64,000 nucleotides of DNA from Octopus vulgaris. Its lineage: Eukaryota. The translations under genes were made by a program, and so were the position numbers. How positions within the stretch are numbered: position 1 is the first letter of the stretch; each line of letters starts with the position of its first letter. Location of the stretch: NCBI GenBank assembly GCA_951406725.2, contig OX597832.1, positions 52,080,001 to 52,144,000 of the forward strand. Direction: 5' to 3'. The notes beneath the pieces were generated by a model that did no database searches, had not been told where the DNA came from, and saw only the letters and a list, made by a program, of their open reading frames with translations. Positions 25,650 to 41,299 of the stretch are shown here, piece after piece.

Positions 25650-26560
25650 GTTATATGCGACATCGAGAAGAAAGAAAGGCAAATATGTCTGTGGAGTTTG
25701 GGTAGTGATGGAAGGCAACGTAGTGTGGCGTAGACTCGGGTGAAGTTCCTCTCTCCCATTTATTATATATATATATATGTACACGTGCATTCGAACGTAG
25801 CAGGGAACAGCAAGCCTTTGGCCACTATTTGGATCCTGTTGTGTCCTTATTCTAATTGGCTGGTAATGGCGCAATTTGTCTCTTACTCGGTTGTGCCAAC
25901 TTGCCGCGCATAACCAGTCGGAGGCTCTAAATAGAATGACATGGGACAGCATGTTCACTACCCTGTTTTAGCCTAGAGCTCCTTATAAAACAGCATTACG
26001 GAAACCTCCTTCTTCATCGCCACCATCATGTCCTTAACGTCGTCAGCATCATCTCTCTACGTACACAGCTCAGCAAGCAATTCACCCAGGTTCCAACAGT
26101 TCACTGTTCGTGAATTATTTCACTACGGATCAACAGTGAATATACAACCTGCATGAACTCCTGTACAAGTGACCCAGGCAGCAGCAACACAGCCATGACT
26201 TCATGTACGACATGTACGACATGTACCTGTAACCGGCTCAGCATCATGGCCACGACTTCTTGATACAGTATTTCAAATACTGTATACGACTGACTACGAA
26301 CTGGTATTATTATCTTTCTTGTGTCTATGAGCTTACTTCTCACTTCGATGGCTATAGACTCTTTTACTGTTTTCTTCTTCATTGCCATCCTTAAATGTTC
26401 TTAACACGCGCATACATCTATGCCTACACACACACATTTCTTGAGTTTAAAAGGGTCCCTAGTTCAAGCGAGTCTTAAGGATCCTTGCCTGTTCTGCCAT
26501 GCAAAGCTTGCATTGTCCACTCCTATTTATGTAGGTCCCCGGTTGTTCTATAAACCTCTA
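25650..26560 (+). mobile_element. Diverged LTR-like sequence related to 8308-9243
   Basis: Shares blocks (GCCTT.GGC...GTTGTGTCC...CT.ATTGG.TGG; GAACTG.TATT.TTATCTTT...TTGTGTCT) and has TATAAAA near 25984. Ends are not resolved. Confidence 0.45.
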
Positions 26561-26572
26561 CTGGTGATTTCT

Positions 26573-26796
26573 TTAACAATTTAGCATTCATATTACACTG
26601 CCAAATGCAATGCTTGTTCATATTGTTTTGAATTCATCACGCATTATCTCGTAGCTTCGAGATTTTAATGATGTCATTGTTATTTTTAGAATGATAGTGT
26701 TGGGTAAGTGTGAGATGTTGGATCTTGCTGGTTTGAATATAAAACAGGTTGAGCATTTGGGCTGGATATGACTAGTTTAAATGCTAAAGGGTTAAA
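26573..26796. mobile_element. piggyBac-like MITE (TTAA-flanked, CCCTTTAGCATT TIR); related copy at about 13291-13502
   Basis: Left TTAACAATTTAGCATT, right AATGCTAAAGGGTTAA. Confidence 0.6.
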
Positions 26797-26954
26797 GCAG
26801 ATACAAAAGCAGATGTGGACATATAGTAATACAGGAGAACAATGACGAAAAAATTCAAAGCTTCGAAAAGCTTTGTATAATGTTGTGATATAAATCCGTC
26901 CGTTCCTTTCCCATGTTATTTGAATAAACACAAAATATTTTTTTCTGTCGTTGC

Positions 26955-27032
<78 letters not shown>

Positions 27033-27251
27033 GTATAAAAAAAATACAAACTGGGACAAGAACGCAAAACATTTAGAAGACGATACAAAAAAAACGGACG
27101 GGACATTCGAAGCCTTCAATCTTCAGTCAAGAACCGGATCATCCTTGCAATTTCGGCTGATTAATCTTGACATTGCTCTAATCTGGCCAGCCCCAAGGAA
27201 AAACTAAGCTAAGCGCATTAGATTCCTTGGAAGAAAGCTTCGAATGTATAA

Positions 27252-27374
<123 letters not shown>

Positions 27375-27539
27375 GTGTTGTTTTTGTAGCTCTATTCTTC
27401 GCCTACAACTTTTGTGTATAGTTTTTGAAATTTGTATAAATTTTGTCTCTTTTGAGACCTATGGGAACGGAGTGCTAAGTAGGGAGAGAGAAAAAAAGCA
27501 TTCCCAATATCTGCTTCTCTACGCTTTCTATAAAGTTTC

Positions 27540-27880
27540 CAATTCCATCTGAGCCGCTTGAGATATTTGCGCTGTGCAAATGGAAAGCTCTAAGACTGAA
27601 GGAAATGCACGCTTCAGGGAGGATAAAATCAATCTCACAAACTCACCACGTTCCGGCCGACCCGTTCAGTTCAAAGAGGATCGATTGAACTAGTTTCATC
27701 TACAAGGATTTGCTCAATTTCACTAGAGAATTGGCCCGACAGATAAGAGGCTCTTGCGATATGGTCACCCGTCACCTTCACATGATGGTTAATGTCCAAA
27801 AACTCGGTGCACGGATACCTCACGTTCTGCACGAAAGACACAAACTCCAGACAAAGACGAATGAATTTATCTGACAACTA
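27540..27880 (+). mobile_element. mariner transposase N-terminal remnant
   Basis: RFREDKINLTNSPRSGRP motif near 27610-27665; the rest is broken. Confidence 0.6.
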
Positions 27881-28543
27881 AACGATACTGAAAACATTGG
27901 AAGAAGTTATTGAAGTTGCAGGACAGTATATCTTGGACCTCGAAGATAAAGCAAGCAGCAATTACTTTAGAAATTTAAAACAGGGTATTACACACCCGAT
28001 TTAAAAGTTCAATGGATAACATCGGATGTGAAACTATTCAGTAATTTTCTGAAAATCGATGAAAAAGACACATTAGACGTGAATATTACTAAGTTCAAAT
28101 TTCTGGAGATACCATTATATCGAAAGGTCAAGCGGCAAAATCCTTACAAAGATTTGTTAGGATATTGAGCCATTTGGTCAGTTTTGGGGAAATATCTTTT
28201 AAAAATCCAAAATCTGTCGGACAACTTCTGGTCGAAAGAAGCGAGTAGAGATAGAAATTGCAACCGAGGACATTGTTAAAGAAACTGAATAATTTTGTGT
28301 TACACTAAAAGTTTAAGTTTTATGATTTCTCAACGAAACCAAAATGTCCCCGGCTCTAAGCTTAATTGAACTTATAATGAGTGAAAACATCTACATATCT
28401 AATTAAATGTTACTTAGTCAAGATACATGCTGAGGAAAATGATATGATTTGCATTTGCGGGTAAATGCTTTAACAATTCGATATTGGATGTAGAAAACTC
28501 TCACCAACAACTCGCTTAATGATTTCCCTCTAATTTGACAAAT

Positions 28544-28960
28544 ACTCTTTACTCTTTTTACTTTTACTTGTTTCAGTCATTTGACTGTGGCCATGCTGGA
28601 GCACCGCCTTTAGTCGAGCAAATCGACCCCAGGGCTTATTCTTTGTAAGCCTAGTACTTATTCTATCGGTCTCTTATGCCGAACCGCTAAGTTACGGGGT
28701 ACGTAAACACACCAGCATCGGTTGTCAAGGATGGTGTGGGGACAAACACAGACGCACTCAGACACACACACACACATACGCACACGCACATACATATATC
28801 GACGGGCTTCTTTCAGTTTCCGTTTACCAAATCGACTCATAAGGCTTTGCTCGGCCCGAGGCTATAGTAGAAGACACTTGCCCAATGTGCCACGCAGTGG
28901 GACTGAACCCGGAACCATGTGGTTAGTAAGCAAGCTACTTACCACACAACAACACCTACG
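28544..28960 (-). mobile_element. SINE family A
   Basis: Near full-length reverse copy. Confidence 0.88.
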
Positions 28961-29161
28961 TCTTCATTACTAAGATTTCAGAAATAGGTCTTATTAAAAG
29001 GCAGCAACTAATCCCGATCTAGTCCTAACCCCTCCAAGGGGTACTAAGGGCTGCATCGAAGATATGCATTGGAGAAGGTTGCCTCGGAGATCTACGTCGA
29101 AGGTCTGCATTGGAGAAGGTTGCATCGAAGGCTTGCACGTATTATATATATATATATATAT

Positions 29162-29470
29162 AAAGGAAATGAAGAAAATACTGACAAAATAATTTAAGTA
29201 AAGGAGAGTGTATTTAATTAGGTGAAAGTTCTTTTTACCGGTTGCGCATTTGTTATGCTTATCAAAAGATATATTTTTAAGAGAGATAGAGTTCCTTTCT
29301 GATGGATTTTTTTCTCTTATCTGACTTTATGTTGGGTTTGCTGTCTCTTATATAAAAATATATCTTTTGATAAGCATAACAAATGCGCAACCGGTAAAAA
29401 GAACTTTCACCTAATTAAATACACTCTCCTTTACTTAAATTATTTTGTCAGCATTTTCTTCATTTCCTTT
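29162..29470. repeat. Long palindrome, arms about 125 bp, spacer about 50 bp
   Basis: Directly visible inverted arms. Each arm carries TTGATAA-GCAT-AACAA-ATGC-GCAA-CCGG-TA, a decayed hammerhead-like motif. Confidence 0.92.
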
Positions 29471-29518
29471 TTTATATATCACAACTCGTGTTCCACATCT
29501 CCTTTTTTAAATAAATAA

Positions 29519-29583
<65 letters not shown>

Positions 29584-30355
29584 ATATAAATGCCACATTC
29601 TCTACTATATATATATATATATTTAATAATGAACCATGTAATTCACACTCTGGAAAATTTATTTGTAAAATGTTGTGAGTGGGTAAAATTTCCGAGGCTT
29701 CAACCTCACCCCACCCCGTTTTTCAGACCCCAAAAAGGGTTTTGTAGCATATTAGGAGATCACAGGAATTCATTCAACGAAAGAGAAATTTTTTCCAATG
29801 ATTCCGGGATAGGGGGTGGGAGCTCCCTCGCCCTAACCCACCTTTTTTCCGAACCAAAATAAGAGATTTGCAGCATATTAAGAAGTCAGGAAACTTTCTT
29901 TTTTTATTTTTCTTAGTGAAAATCATGCGGGTGTTAATCTAAAAGTTTACCCTTTGTTTTTCTTTTGCGTCATTGCTAGACAGAGGACTTAACTCATGTT
30001 ATCAAACTTACGGATTTCACCGACGTGGAAATTGGTGAAAGCTATGGTTGAAAATCGATTTTTACCGCTATCCGCGAGTGCCTCGGGGATAGTAAGTTGA
30101 TAAAAACATAGCCATAATCGTGACCAATGTCCTCCTAAAATTGGAGCGACATGAATGCTAATTTGTGGACATGCATAAATTACATTCACGTACACAAACA
30201 CACACACACACATCCTGCCTTTTATAGATATAGATAATCAGAACTTGAAACCGGAAGAATTGCTGCGAAGCAAGTTCCCAACGTGCTGACGATTTTGCCA
30301 CCTTGCTGCCCTTGGCCTCGTGAACAATGCGAACGATAGTCTTGAAAAAAATATG

Positions 30356-30439
<84 letters not shown>

Positions 30440-30521
30440 TAGGTGGACAGACAGACAGCAGCAGTAGTGGTGGTGGTGGTGGTGGTGGTGGTGGTGGTGG
30501 TGGTGGTAGTAGTAGTAGTAA

Positions 30522-30573
<52 letters not shown>
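30356..30573. repeat. (GATA)n followed by (GGT)n/(AGT)n microsatellites
   Basis: Directly visible. Confidence 0.95.
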
Positions 30574-30574
<1 letters not shown>

Positions 30575-30803
30575 AATGTGCGGAACTTGTAAAAAAACAA
30601 TGAGAGAGACGGTGTGGTACTCAATATCATAGTTACAGAGTATCCGGTTCACGTGAATATTGTTCGAAGCCAGAAACTTGGGAGCTGTGAGTACCGGTTT
30701 ATGTTGCAGACGAAGAGCGTTAACGGCCAAATAAGCAACAAACAATAGCTTTTTTTTTATATATATTTCTTTCATTGTCGAACCTCTATATATATATGTG
30801 TAC

Positions 30804-30834
<31 letters not shown>

Positions 30835-31399
30835 TGTATGTATGTATGTATGTATGTATGTACGTATGTATGTATGTATGTATGTATGTATGAGCATTTA
30901 TATCAGACCACCCATGAGCTGTATAGCTAGCTAAATTCAATGCCAGCTGCATTATAAAGTTGAAAAGGGAAAACAACGCCGCCATGTTAATACGCCGACA
31001 AAAGGATTTAAATGCTTTCCTCAAGGAATCACTTAATCCTATTAAATAAGAGAATACATGAACATTCTTTTGATTTCGCAAATACTTTTGATAAACATTG
31101 GTCTTATCTACATATTTGTTAAAATATTTATATTTTTCAACCGTCTCAGATAAGTAGTTGTTTATTGTTTTTACCGTTTAAATAATTTTTTACATATTTG
31201 GAATGTATATAAGGCTGCGCCATTGCATGGCCGCAGTCTAATGACTGAAACAAGTAAGAGAATGAAAGAATAAAAGAATGAAAGAATGAATAAATATATA
31301 TAGCGAGTCAAGGGCAGAGTGTTTCGTTCGTCAGCACTTATCAAAGCTAGCCTTTATGAAACCTATATATATATGCAAAACAATACAAATACATAATAT

Positions 31400-31448
<49 letters not shown>

Positions 31449-31461
31449 ATATACATTTATG

Positions 31462-31514
<53 letters not shown>

Positions 31515-31661
31515 TAACTGAAGAGATGCGCCCCGACATCCGAAACTCGGAGTTTTATCATGGCTACCGAATAATTGCAACATATTATATTTACAGATAA
31601 ATTCCTCTATTTACATAACATCGAGGTCTCTTTCATTCTTTTCTTGTCTTGCCATTTCTAT

Positions 31662-31711
<50 letters not shown>

Positions 31712-32856
31712 ATATATATATATAGATATATATATATATACATATATATTATATTATATTTTATTTTATATATATATATACATATATATTTTATTATATA
31801 TTTATATAACATACTGTTAATAAAAACCAGGATGTGTGTTGCGTTACGTTACTTAATAAGTGCAAAAATATATAGTAAATGCACACTTATTATATCTATA
31901 TCTATATATCTATATATATAAAGGAAATCATTTATTTATTCGTCCATTTTTGCGAGGTTATGTCAATCGTCACGAACTACAATTAAGTACATTACTGGCG
32001 GAAATTTCAACATTGATGAAATTCTGTACATCATAACACACACAAACATCCACAATCGAATATTTCGAATTACATGATACCTTCATCACGCCATCTTATT
32101 CTGCACTAATAACTTGAAGCTATGATTTTATGACAACAGTTCAAAGGTTACCGATGTACAGTTAATGCTTCTTGGAATGCTTGTTATGATATAAATGTTT
32201 GAGTAGATTTCATGTGTATTTAGGCATGTGTTGTCTTCCGAAATCAGTTTTTCATAATCTAATCTAATTTTGATAGTCCCCACACACAAAGTGTAAGCAA
32301 GGTTCTATGGTTGAAAATCTCGCTTTGCAGCCACTTGGTTTCGGGTTCAGCCCCATTGTGCGGCATCTTGGGAAAGTGTCTTCTACAAACGCATGAGCCG
32401 ATTAATGTCTAGTGAGTGAATTTGATAGACGGAAAATGTATGATTCGCTCTCGAGCGCAACTGGTAACAACCCAGTACAAGCTGATGCATGGTCAGGCCG
32501 TCGGCGACTAAACCGGCAACCTCACCAAGCGAAGAAGGTAATTTTTGGACAACCTAGAGAATGAAAAACAAAACTCGTCAAAGAGCGGAGGAACTCATTT
32601 GAGTCAATAACCATTCCAATTGAATGTATACATGTGCACAATTGATTGGGCTCTTTAGTTTTAATAAGATAGCCAGTCGAACAGTTTGGGTCAAACTTCT
32701 TGACATTTGTAATACCGAAGAGGTCAAACACCACGGTAATAAAACATGCAATCGCGATAATCACTCAGCCATCTTACTTTGGCTTGTCACTAGATAATAG
32801 ATTTTCGAGGATGAAAGAGTAGTATGCTTGTCGAAGAAACGTGCAACACCACGTAA

Positions 32857-33272
32857 GGCGGCGGGCTGGCAGAAACGTTAACACAACGGGCGAAATGCTT
32901 AGCGGTATTTCGACTGCCGCTACGTTCTGAGTTCAAATTCTGCCGAGGTCGACTTTGCCTTTCATCCTTTCGGAATCGATAAATTAAGTACCAGTTACGC
33001 ACTGGGGTCGATGTAATCGACTTAATACCTATGTCTGTCCTTGTTTGTCCCCTCTGTGTTTAGCCCCTTGTGGGTAATAAAGAAATAGGTATTTCGACTG
33101 CCGCTACGTTCTGAGTTCAAATTCTGCCGAGGTCGACTTTGCCTTTCATCCTTTCGGGATCGATAAATTAAGTACCAGTTACGCACTGGGGTCGATGTAA
33201 TCGACCTAATCCGTTTGTCTGTCCTTGTTTGTCCTCTCTGTGTTTAGCCCCTTGTGGGTAGTAAAGGAATAA
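32857..33272 (+). repeat. SINE B with a tandemly doubled body
   Basis: One head plus two units of about 184 bp. Confidence 0.88.
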
Positions 33273-33329
33273 GAAACGTGCAACACCACCATCAAAATAT
33301 ACAGATATCTCAAGTCCCACGGTGATGCA

Positions 33330-34330
33330 GTAGGGGCTTAGCGATCCGTGCAGGCTTAACGATCTGGGAGCATATAGTCATGAATATACCCATCTAACCT
33401 CGCTGTATCGTGGAAAGGGATCCAAATCTGATTGTGGAAATTACAGAGGAATAAGCCTACTTGAAGTTGTTGGTAAAGATTTCGCAAAACTTTTACGTAA
33501 TTGGCTGACAAAACGGATATTCTCCTCTGCTGTCCCAGAAAGTCAATGTGATTTTTGATCAGGTCGTCGTACAATACACATGATTTCTTTTCTTTCTGCT
33601 GATCAACTCTACGAGAAATGTATTGAACAATGCATAGCTCTTTACCACGTCTTTGTTAGTTAACAAAAGCCTTCGATCCTGTTAACAGGACTGCTCTCCG
33701 GACCATAAAGTTGGATGCCCACCTCAGGTTGTCATCAAAATGTTTAAGCAACTCCATCATGATACAAAAACTCGTTTTAATTTCAACGGTTCACTCTCGG
33801 AACTAATTTTCATCGATAACGGGTTAAAGAAGGTGACATTCCTGCCTCAACCCTCATCTTACATGTATTTTGCTGTAACTGTCGTGCGTTTTCCAGGACT
33901 GCGATATCGGCGTCAACATTCGCTTCAGAACCACAAATAAGGTGTTTGATATGACATACTTCAACGCAAAATCGAAGACTTTCCAGGCCCTTGTTCATGA
34001 GTTCATTTATGCTGACAATGTAATTCTCGTTGCTCACATTGAAGAAGACATACATGCTGTAAGAGCATGCGTTGCTATTGGACTCACCATCAGTCTGAGG
34101 AAGACAGATCATGTTCTCTCAGTCTCAAGGCCAGCCTTACGTCGAACCTAACATCTTCGTCCAGTATGCAAGATTGGATGTGGTCGACTCTGTCGTCTAC
34201 TTTGGTAGCATACTCTCTAGAGATGGATCTCTTGTTTCTGAAATAAATCTGAGGATCGAAAAATCCAACAAAGCATTTGGAAGGCTGGAAAATTGTATGT
34301 CATCTAATAGATGTATTATCATATTGAAGA
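33330..34330 (+). mobile_element. Decayed LINE reverse transcriptase (RTE-like)
   Basis: Broken motifs GKG..SDCGNYRGISLL.VVGK, PESQC.F, EKC.EQ, KAFD.V, YADN, YFGSILS, RIEKSNKAFGRL. Confidence 0.85.
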
Positions 34331-34462
34331 CTAGGAACAGATAACGGAAAATTGATCGGTTTGGAAAAAAACGATTCACAACGGTTGTAAGTTATTTGAT
34401 ACATGGAGATATGTCAGCTTTTATGTGTGTATGTGCGTGTATAAAGATATAATTAAAACAAT

Positions 34463-34503
<41 letters not shown>

Positions 34504-35178
34504 GATAGAATTTACAAAAAAAACAAAAGACGAAGACATGTGTATAAACAACAAACAGGTGTATTAGTTTAACGCTCGGGAAGGTGAAAAAATATTTTAC
34601 GTTTCGAGCCTACGCTCTTCAACAGAAAGGAACACGAAAAAATAAACAGAGAGAGAGAATAAAAAAAGTTTTAGCGACTAGGGGTCAATCATGGCGAATG
34701 GTGTGTATTTTCTAAAACTCCAGTGAATTCCAATTTAATCTGAATCCACACCATCTGAAGCATATTTGTAGAAAAGAGATATTTAATTTTCTCAAGGTTA
34801 TGAAGAAGCAAATCTTTGGGGCACAATTGTGTAAAAAAATGTCCTCTTCCCGGGTGACAATAACTTGCATGTCGGATTGTTGCACAAGTTCTAGCCGTTT
34901 TGATTAAGGAAATCGGAGAGGTTTGAAATGATTTCATCGGTACAAGTATTTACTTGTACCAAAGAGCACGCTTTCGATAGACAACACGTTGATCTCATAA
35001 GTATCGCTTGGTGGAAATAAACGCAATTACCAAACTTTCAATTTATTATTTCGTTTTTTTCTTTTTGTATTTCAATTTGTATATCTGTACTCTCGATTGC
35101 GTACAAGCGCATTTGTAAAACGACGTCCTTTATTTTTTAATCATTATTTGCTGATATCAAAATAAGTAGTGTATTCCC

Positions 35179-35292
35179 ATTGCGTGGCACCTTGGGCAAG
35201 TGTCTTCTACTATAGCCTCGGGTCGACCAAAGCTTTGTGAGTGGATTTGGTAGACGGAAACTGAAAGAAGCCGGTCGTATATATATATGTGT

Positions 35293-35341
<49 letters not shown>

Positions 35342-35538
35342 TATATCTGTGTTTGTCTCCCCAAACATCGCTTGACAACCGATGCTGGTGTGTTTACGTC
35401 ACCGTAACTTAGCGGTTCAGCAAAAATGACCGATAGAATAAGTACTAAGCTTACAAAGAATAAGTCCTGCGGTCGATTTGCTCCAGCATGGCCACATACA
35501 AATGACTGAAACAAGTAAAAGAGTAAAAGAGTAAAGAG
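35179..35538 (+). mobile_element. SINE family A, 5'-truncated
   Basis: Family A body and tail. Confidence 0.85.
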
Positions 35539-35981
35539 AGCATTGAAAAATAAAAATATTTTCTAGGGGATGAGGAGGTGGGACATTTTTGACTCCGCGG
35601 GTCAAAAGGGTTAGGGTTAGGGTTAAACCCATTAAGGGAGCGTCCCAGAATGGCCGCAGTCCAGTGAGTGAAATAAGTAAATAAAAAGAAGAGAAAAAGA
35701 AGTAAAACGACCTATCTTGACAAACCTTTAACCCAAAATCTTTATTCTGAATATTTACTTAACCCATCATATTAACTTTCATATTTTCGAGAAGCCACAC
35801 AAATAGTATACACACAAACACCCCTCGTACTAACATTCTTACATAAAAGCTAAAAACACCTATATTTGCAGGCGTAAAACTAGACAGTGCAAAAACAAAA
35901 ACTAGCCGTCACCATTTCTTAATATCCTTCGTTTAATATTCTCGACCTAAATAATTTCAATAGAAATACCGCCCAAGCAAT

Positions 35982-36008
35982 ATTATTATTATTATTATTA
36001 TTATTATT

Positions 36009-36072
<64 letters not shown>

Positions 36073-36073
36073 C

Positions 36074-36118
<45 letters not shown>

Positions 36119-36120
36119 CA

Positions 36121-36169
<49 letters not shown>

Positions 36170-36171
36170 CC

Positions 36172-36214
<43 letters not shown>

Positions 36215-36264
36215 CATTATTATTATTATCATTATTATTATTATCATTATTATTATTATTATTA

Positions 36265-36301
<37 letters not shown>

Positions 36302-36332
36302 CATTATTATTATTATTATTATCATTATTATT

Positions 36333-36373
<41 letters not shown>

Positions 36374-36430
36374 CATTATCATAATAATAATTATTATTAT
36401 TATTATCATTATTATTATTATTATTATTAA

Positions 36431-36486
<56 letters not shown>
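35982..36486. repeat. Compound (TAT)n/(CAT)n tract of about 500 bp
   Basis: Directly visible. Confidence 0.97.
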
Positions 36487-36489
<3 letters not shown>

Positions 36490-36784
36490 GACCAGCCCTC
36501 ACCTTCAACTTCATTTCTATACTCGTTCACCATCTTTTCAATAACATTCAATCTTACTTCGCAGAAGTAATTAGGAAAAAAAGATCTTCTCTTCTTTATT
36601 GAAATCTCTTCCACAATTGTAAATATCAACTTGACAACCTTTCTAGTTTTTCTTTACAAACTTTGAAATGGATTGAATAATCTGCTAGGCAAAATTGAAG
36701 TCCCTGTCAGAACTAATTTTATAAGACTCCCAGCGCCACCTCTATACATCTGTGTATGTGTATGTCTGTGTGTATCTATATCTA

Positions 36785-38010
<1,226 letters not shown>

Positions 38011-38026
38011 AACCAGGACTAATATG

Positions 38027-38057
<31 letters not shown>

Positions 38058-38304
38058 ACACTCATACATACATACATACATACATACATACATACATACA
38101 TACATACATACATACATACATACATACATACATACATACATACATACATACATGCATGCATGCATACGTACAAACAAAAACACCCTGTTGTTGATGCTGA
38201 ATTCCAATGAAAGAACCTTGGATCTAGGTTAGAAACCGGTTCTTTGTCTATTGGCAAAAAATCTTGAAATAAATTGAATAATGACATACATACATACATA
38301 TGTG

Positions 38305-38351
<47 letters not shown>

Positions 38352-38589
38352 GAGTGTAATTTCTTGGTAATATCAAATACAAATGGAGAAGTCGTGGAAA
38401 GAGTCGGTCTGAAAAATCTACGTGATAACAAAAACGATAAGGTAAGCGATCTCAGCCCCATCGTAACCTTACCCTTTTTTTTAACTAGAGTAAATTATCC
38501 TGAAACAGGAGTGATTTTATATGTGTGCATGGGGTGGGGTTTGTATGGACATGTGGATATATAATTATGTAGGTATATGCATAAATGTT

Positions 38590-38630
<41 letters not shown>

Positions 38631-38840
38631 CTGATATTAGATTATTGGTGGGTTTCTTACCTTAAAAATTAACACTTAAAAATTAAAATTAATATTAAGC
38701 ATTATAATCGTTGTTTTGACATAATCATAATCGTTAAGTTTCTAGTTTGATAATAGAGTTTTTTATAAGAAAATTTATTATATTATTTATTTCTTAAAAA
38801 ATATTGTTTAAATATTTTTTATTATTTATTAAAATATTAC

Positions 38841-38942
38841 AATTAACCTGAAGATTGACTGTAACCATAACTCGAATTATTAATTGAATTTGATTTATTA
38901 TTATTCGAATTGGTTACGGGCATGAAACGATCGTAGTGTTTT
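38841..38942 (+). ncRNA. Minimal hammerhead-like motif (Penelope-type), degenerate
   Basis: CTGAAGA at 38848, long stem II (TGTAACCA...TGGTTACG), GAAA-CGATCG-TA; stem I is weak. Confidence 0.45.
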
Positions 38943-39328
38943 TACTCCTTATCTTATATTAAACTTTTAATACGCTTTGATAGTTTAATGAAAAAAATAA
39001 ATAAATAAATGTAAAAATATAAAAATATAAAAAATAAAAAAATAAAAAAAAAAAAATATAAATAAAAAATATATAAATAAAAATAATAAAGAAATAAATA
39101 ATTAAATAAAATAATAATAAATATATATATATATTTATAATTTATAAGTTTAAATTATTAATTTAAATAATTAAAAAAAAATGTTAACTTTAATTTAAAT
39201 ATTTTAATTGGATTGTTATTTTATATTTTTATATATTTTTTAATTAATTTTATTTCTATGTATTGGCTTATGATTTTCACTGTTTGATTTGCCTAATAGT
39301 GGTTTTATCTCTAATTTAATATTTATAT

Positions 39329-39413
<85 letters not shown>

Positions 39414-39415
<2 letters not shown>

Positions 39416-39583
39416 CGCAGGAGTGGCTGTGTGGTAAGTAGCTTGCTAACCAACCACATGGTTCCGGGTTCAGTACCACTGCGTGGCATCTTGGGCAAGT
39501 GTCTTTGGCTATAGCCCCGGGCCGACCAATGCCTTGTGAGTGGATTTGGTAGACGGAAACTGAAAGAAGCCTGTCGTATATAT

Positions 39584-39617
<34 letters not shown>

Positions 39618-39839
39618 TTGTTTGTGTGTCTGTGTTTGTCCCCCGAGCATTGCTTGACAACCGATGCTGGTGTGTTTATGTCCCCGTTACTTAGCGGTTC
39701 GGCAAAAGAGACCGATAGAATAAGTACTGGGCTTATAAAAAGAATAAGTCCCGGGGTCGAGTTGCTCGATTAAAGGCGGTGCTCCAGCATGGCCGCAGTC
39801 AAATGCCTGAAACACGTAAAAGAGTAAAAGAGTAAGAGT
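39414..39839 (+). mobile_element. SINE family A, full length
   Basis: Complete head, body and tail. Confidence 0.9.
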
Positions 39840-41299
39840 ATATAAATTAAATTAGAGATAAAACCATTAGGCAACTGAAACAGTGATAGATATAAACCAA
39901 AACATAAAAAACAGAAAATAAATATAATTAATATAATATATAATATATATATAAAATTTTAAATTTAAATTATTAAAATTTTAAATTTTTTGAATTTTTT
40001 AATTAAAATTTTTTTTTATATATAACTAACCAAAAAGTATAAAAGAGTTAAATATAATATAATAAGTAAAAACACTATATATAGAGTGTATGTTTCTTTC
40101 ACCGCATGGGCAAGAAATTGTATTGGAGAGTCTACTTTAAACTTTCATGAGCAGTAAACAGCGGAAACCGGTTAGTAAAATGTCATTTTCTTCTTTCTGT
40201 AAACGTATTTTGTGAAAATGTAGACAAATATTTATTCAGTAGAATTATTTTATATGATGACTTTTTAATAACATGCGGTTTTCTTCTTGTCTAAAACCCA
40301 CTTTGTAAAAACATACGATATTATTGATTTGACTTATTTACTTGAAACTTGATTATATGAAAGCATTTATTAAATGAAAACAGAATTTTGTATCTTCAAT
40401 TTCATACATACAACTTATATGCGTGTCTGTGTGTGTGCATGTGCGTGTGTTTGTGCATATATACGTGTGTATATACATTTATATATATACATACATACAT
40501 ACATACATACATGTGTGCACGTGTGGTGTGTGAATGAGTGTATGTGTGTAATATTTCTCTTTTGTTAAAAAATAAAACCTGTTTTATTTAAATGTGTGTG
40601 TGTGTATGTGTGTGTGTGATGGAGACAAAATACACTTCTTTACAGAAGAAGACCATCTCTTCAATTAGTTAATGCTGTAATGAGATCTCATTCAACTAAC
40701 AAATCCACCCTTGGACAAACAGACCCCACTGCAGACGTTGTAGACACTCTAAAGCAGAAAATTGTCAATTCCTGTTAACAGTTTATATATATATATAAAC
40801 TATTGCGCATTTTAACCCTTTCTTATCATTCTCCCAACATATACAGAAAAAAATCTTAAAATATTGCTGCTGGAGTTAGCATTTAAAAAAATAAAATAGT
40901 AATAAATGCCTTTTTATCTTTTTTTTTCATTTTTACATAAAAGTTTAAATTAAAATACAAAATTCAATTTTTCAATTTAGTGAAAAGCCTAAGGTCTTTC
41001 TCATCTTATTCTGTACTTTTTCAATTTCAGTACATAATATTCGCTATTCATCCAGTCATTGCTTGTTCTGTTCTTTTCCAGGTTCATTATTTAAAAAATT
41101 CTTGGATTCTGCGTCCGGGTTTTTCGCTCTAGTTCACTTTTTTTCCCAAACGATGCTTCTATTATTATAATTTAGCTTTATAATAGAAAAAATACATGCT
41201 ATTGTATTAAATAAAGATTTTGCTCAAACTTAAAAATTCTGTTTGCACCTAAAAATAACAAAGAATTTATAGCAGCATATATGTTACATAAATATATAC

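Noticed and set aside
30158-31081. 307-aa ORF with poly-Tyr/His
   Set aside because: Chance read-through of several microsatellites and a SINE fragment.
35919-36629. 236-aa poly-Asn/Asp ORF
   Set aside because: Translation of a TAT/CAT microsatellite; no splice context or domain.
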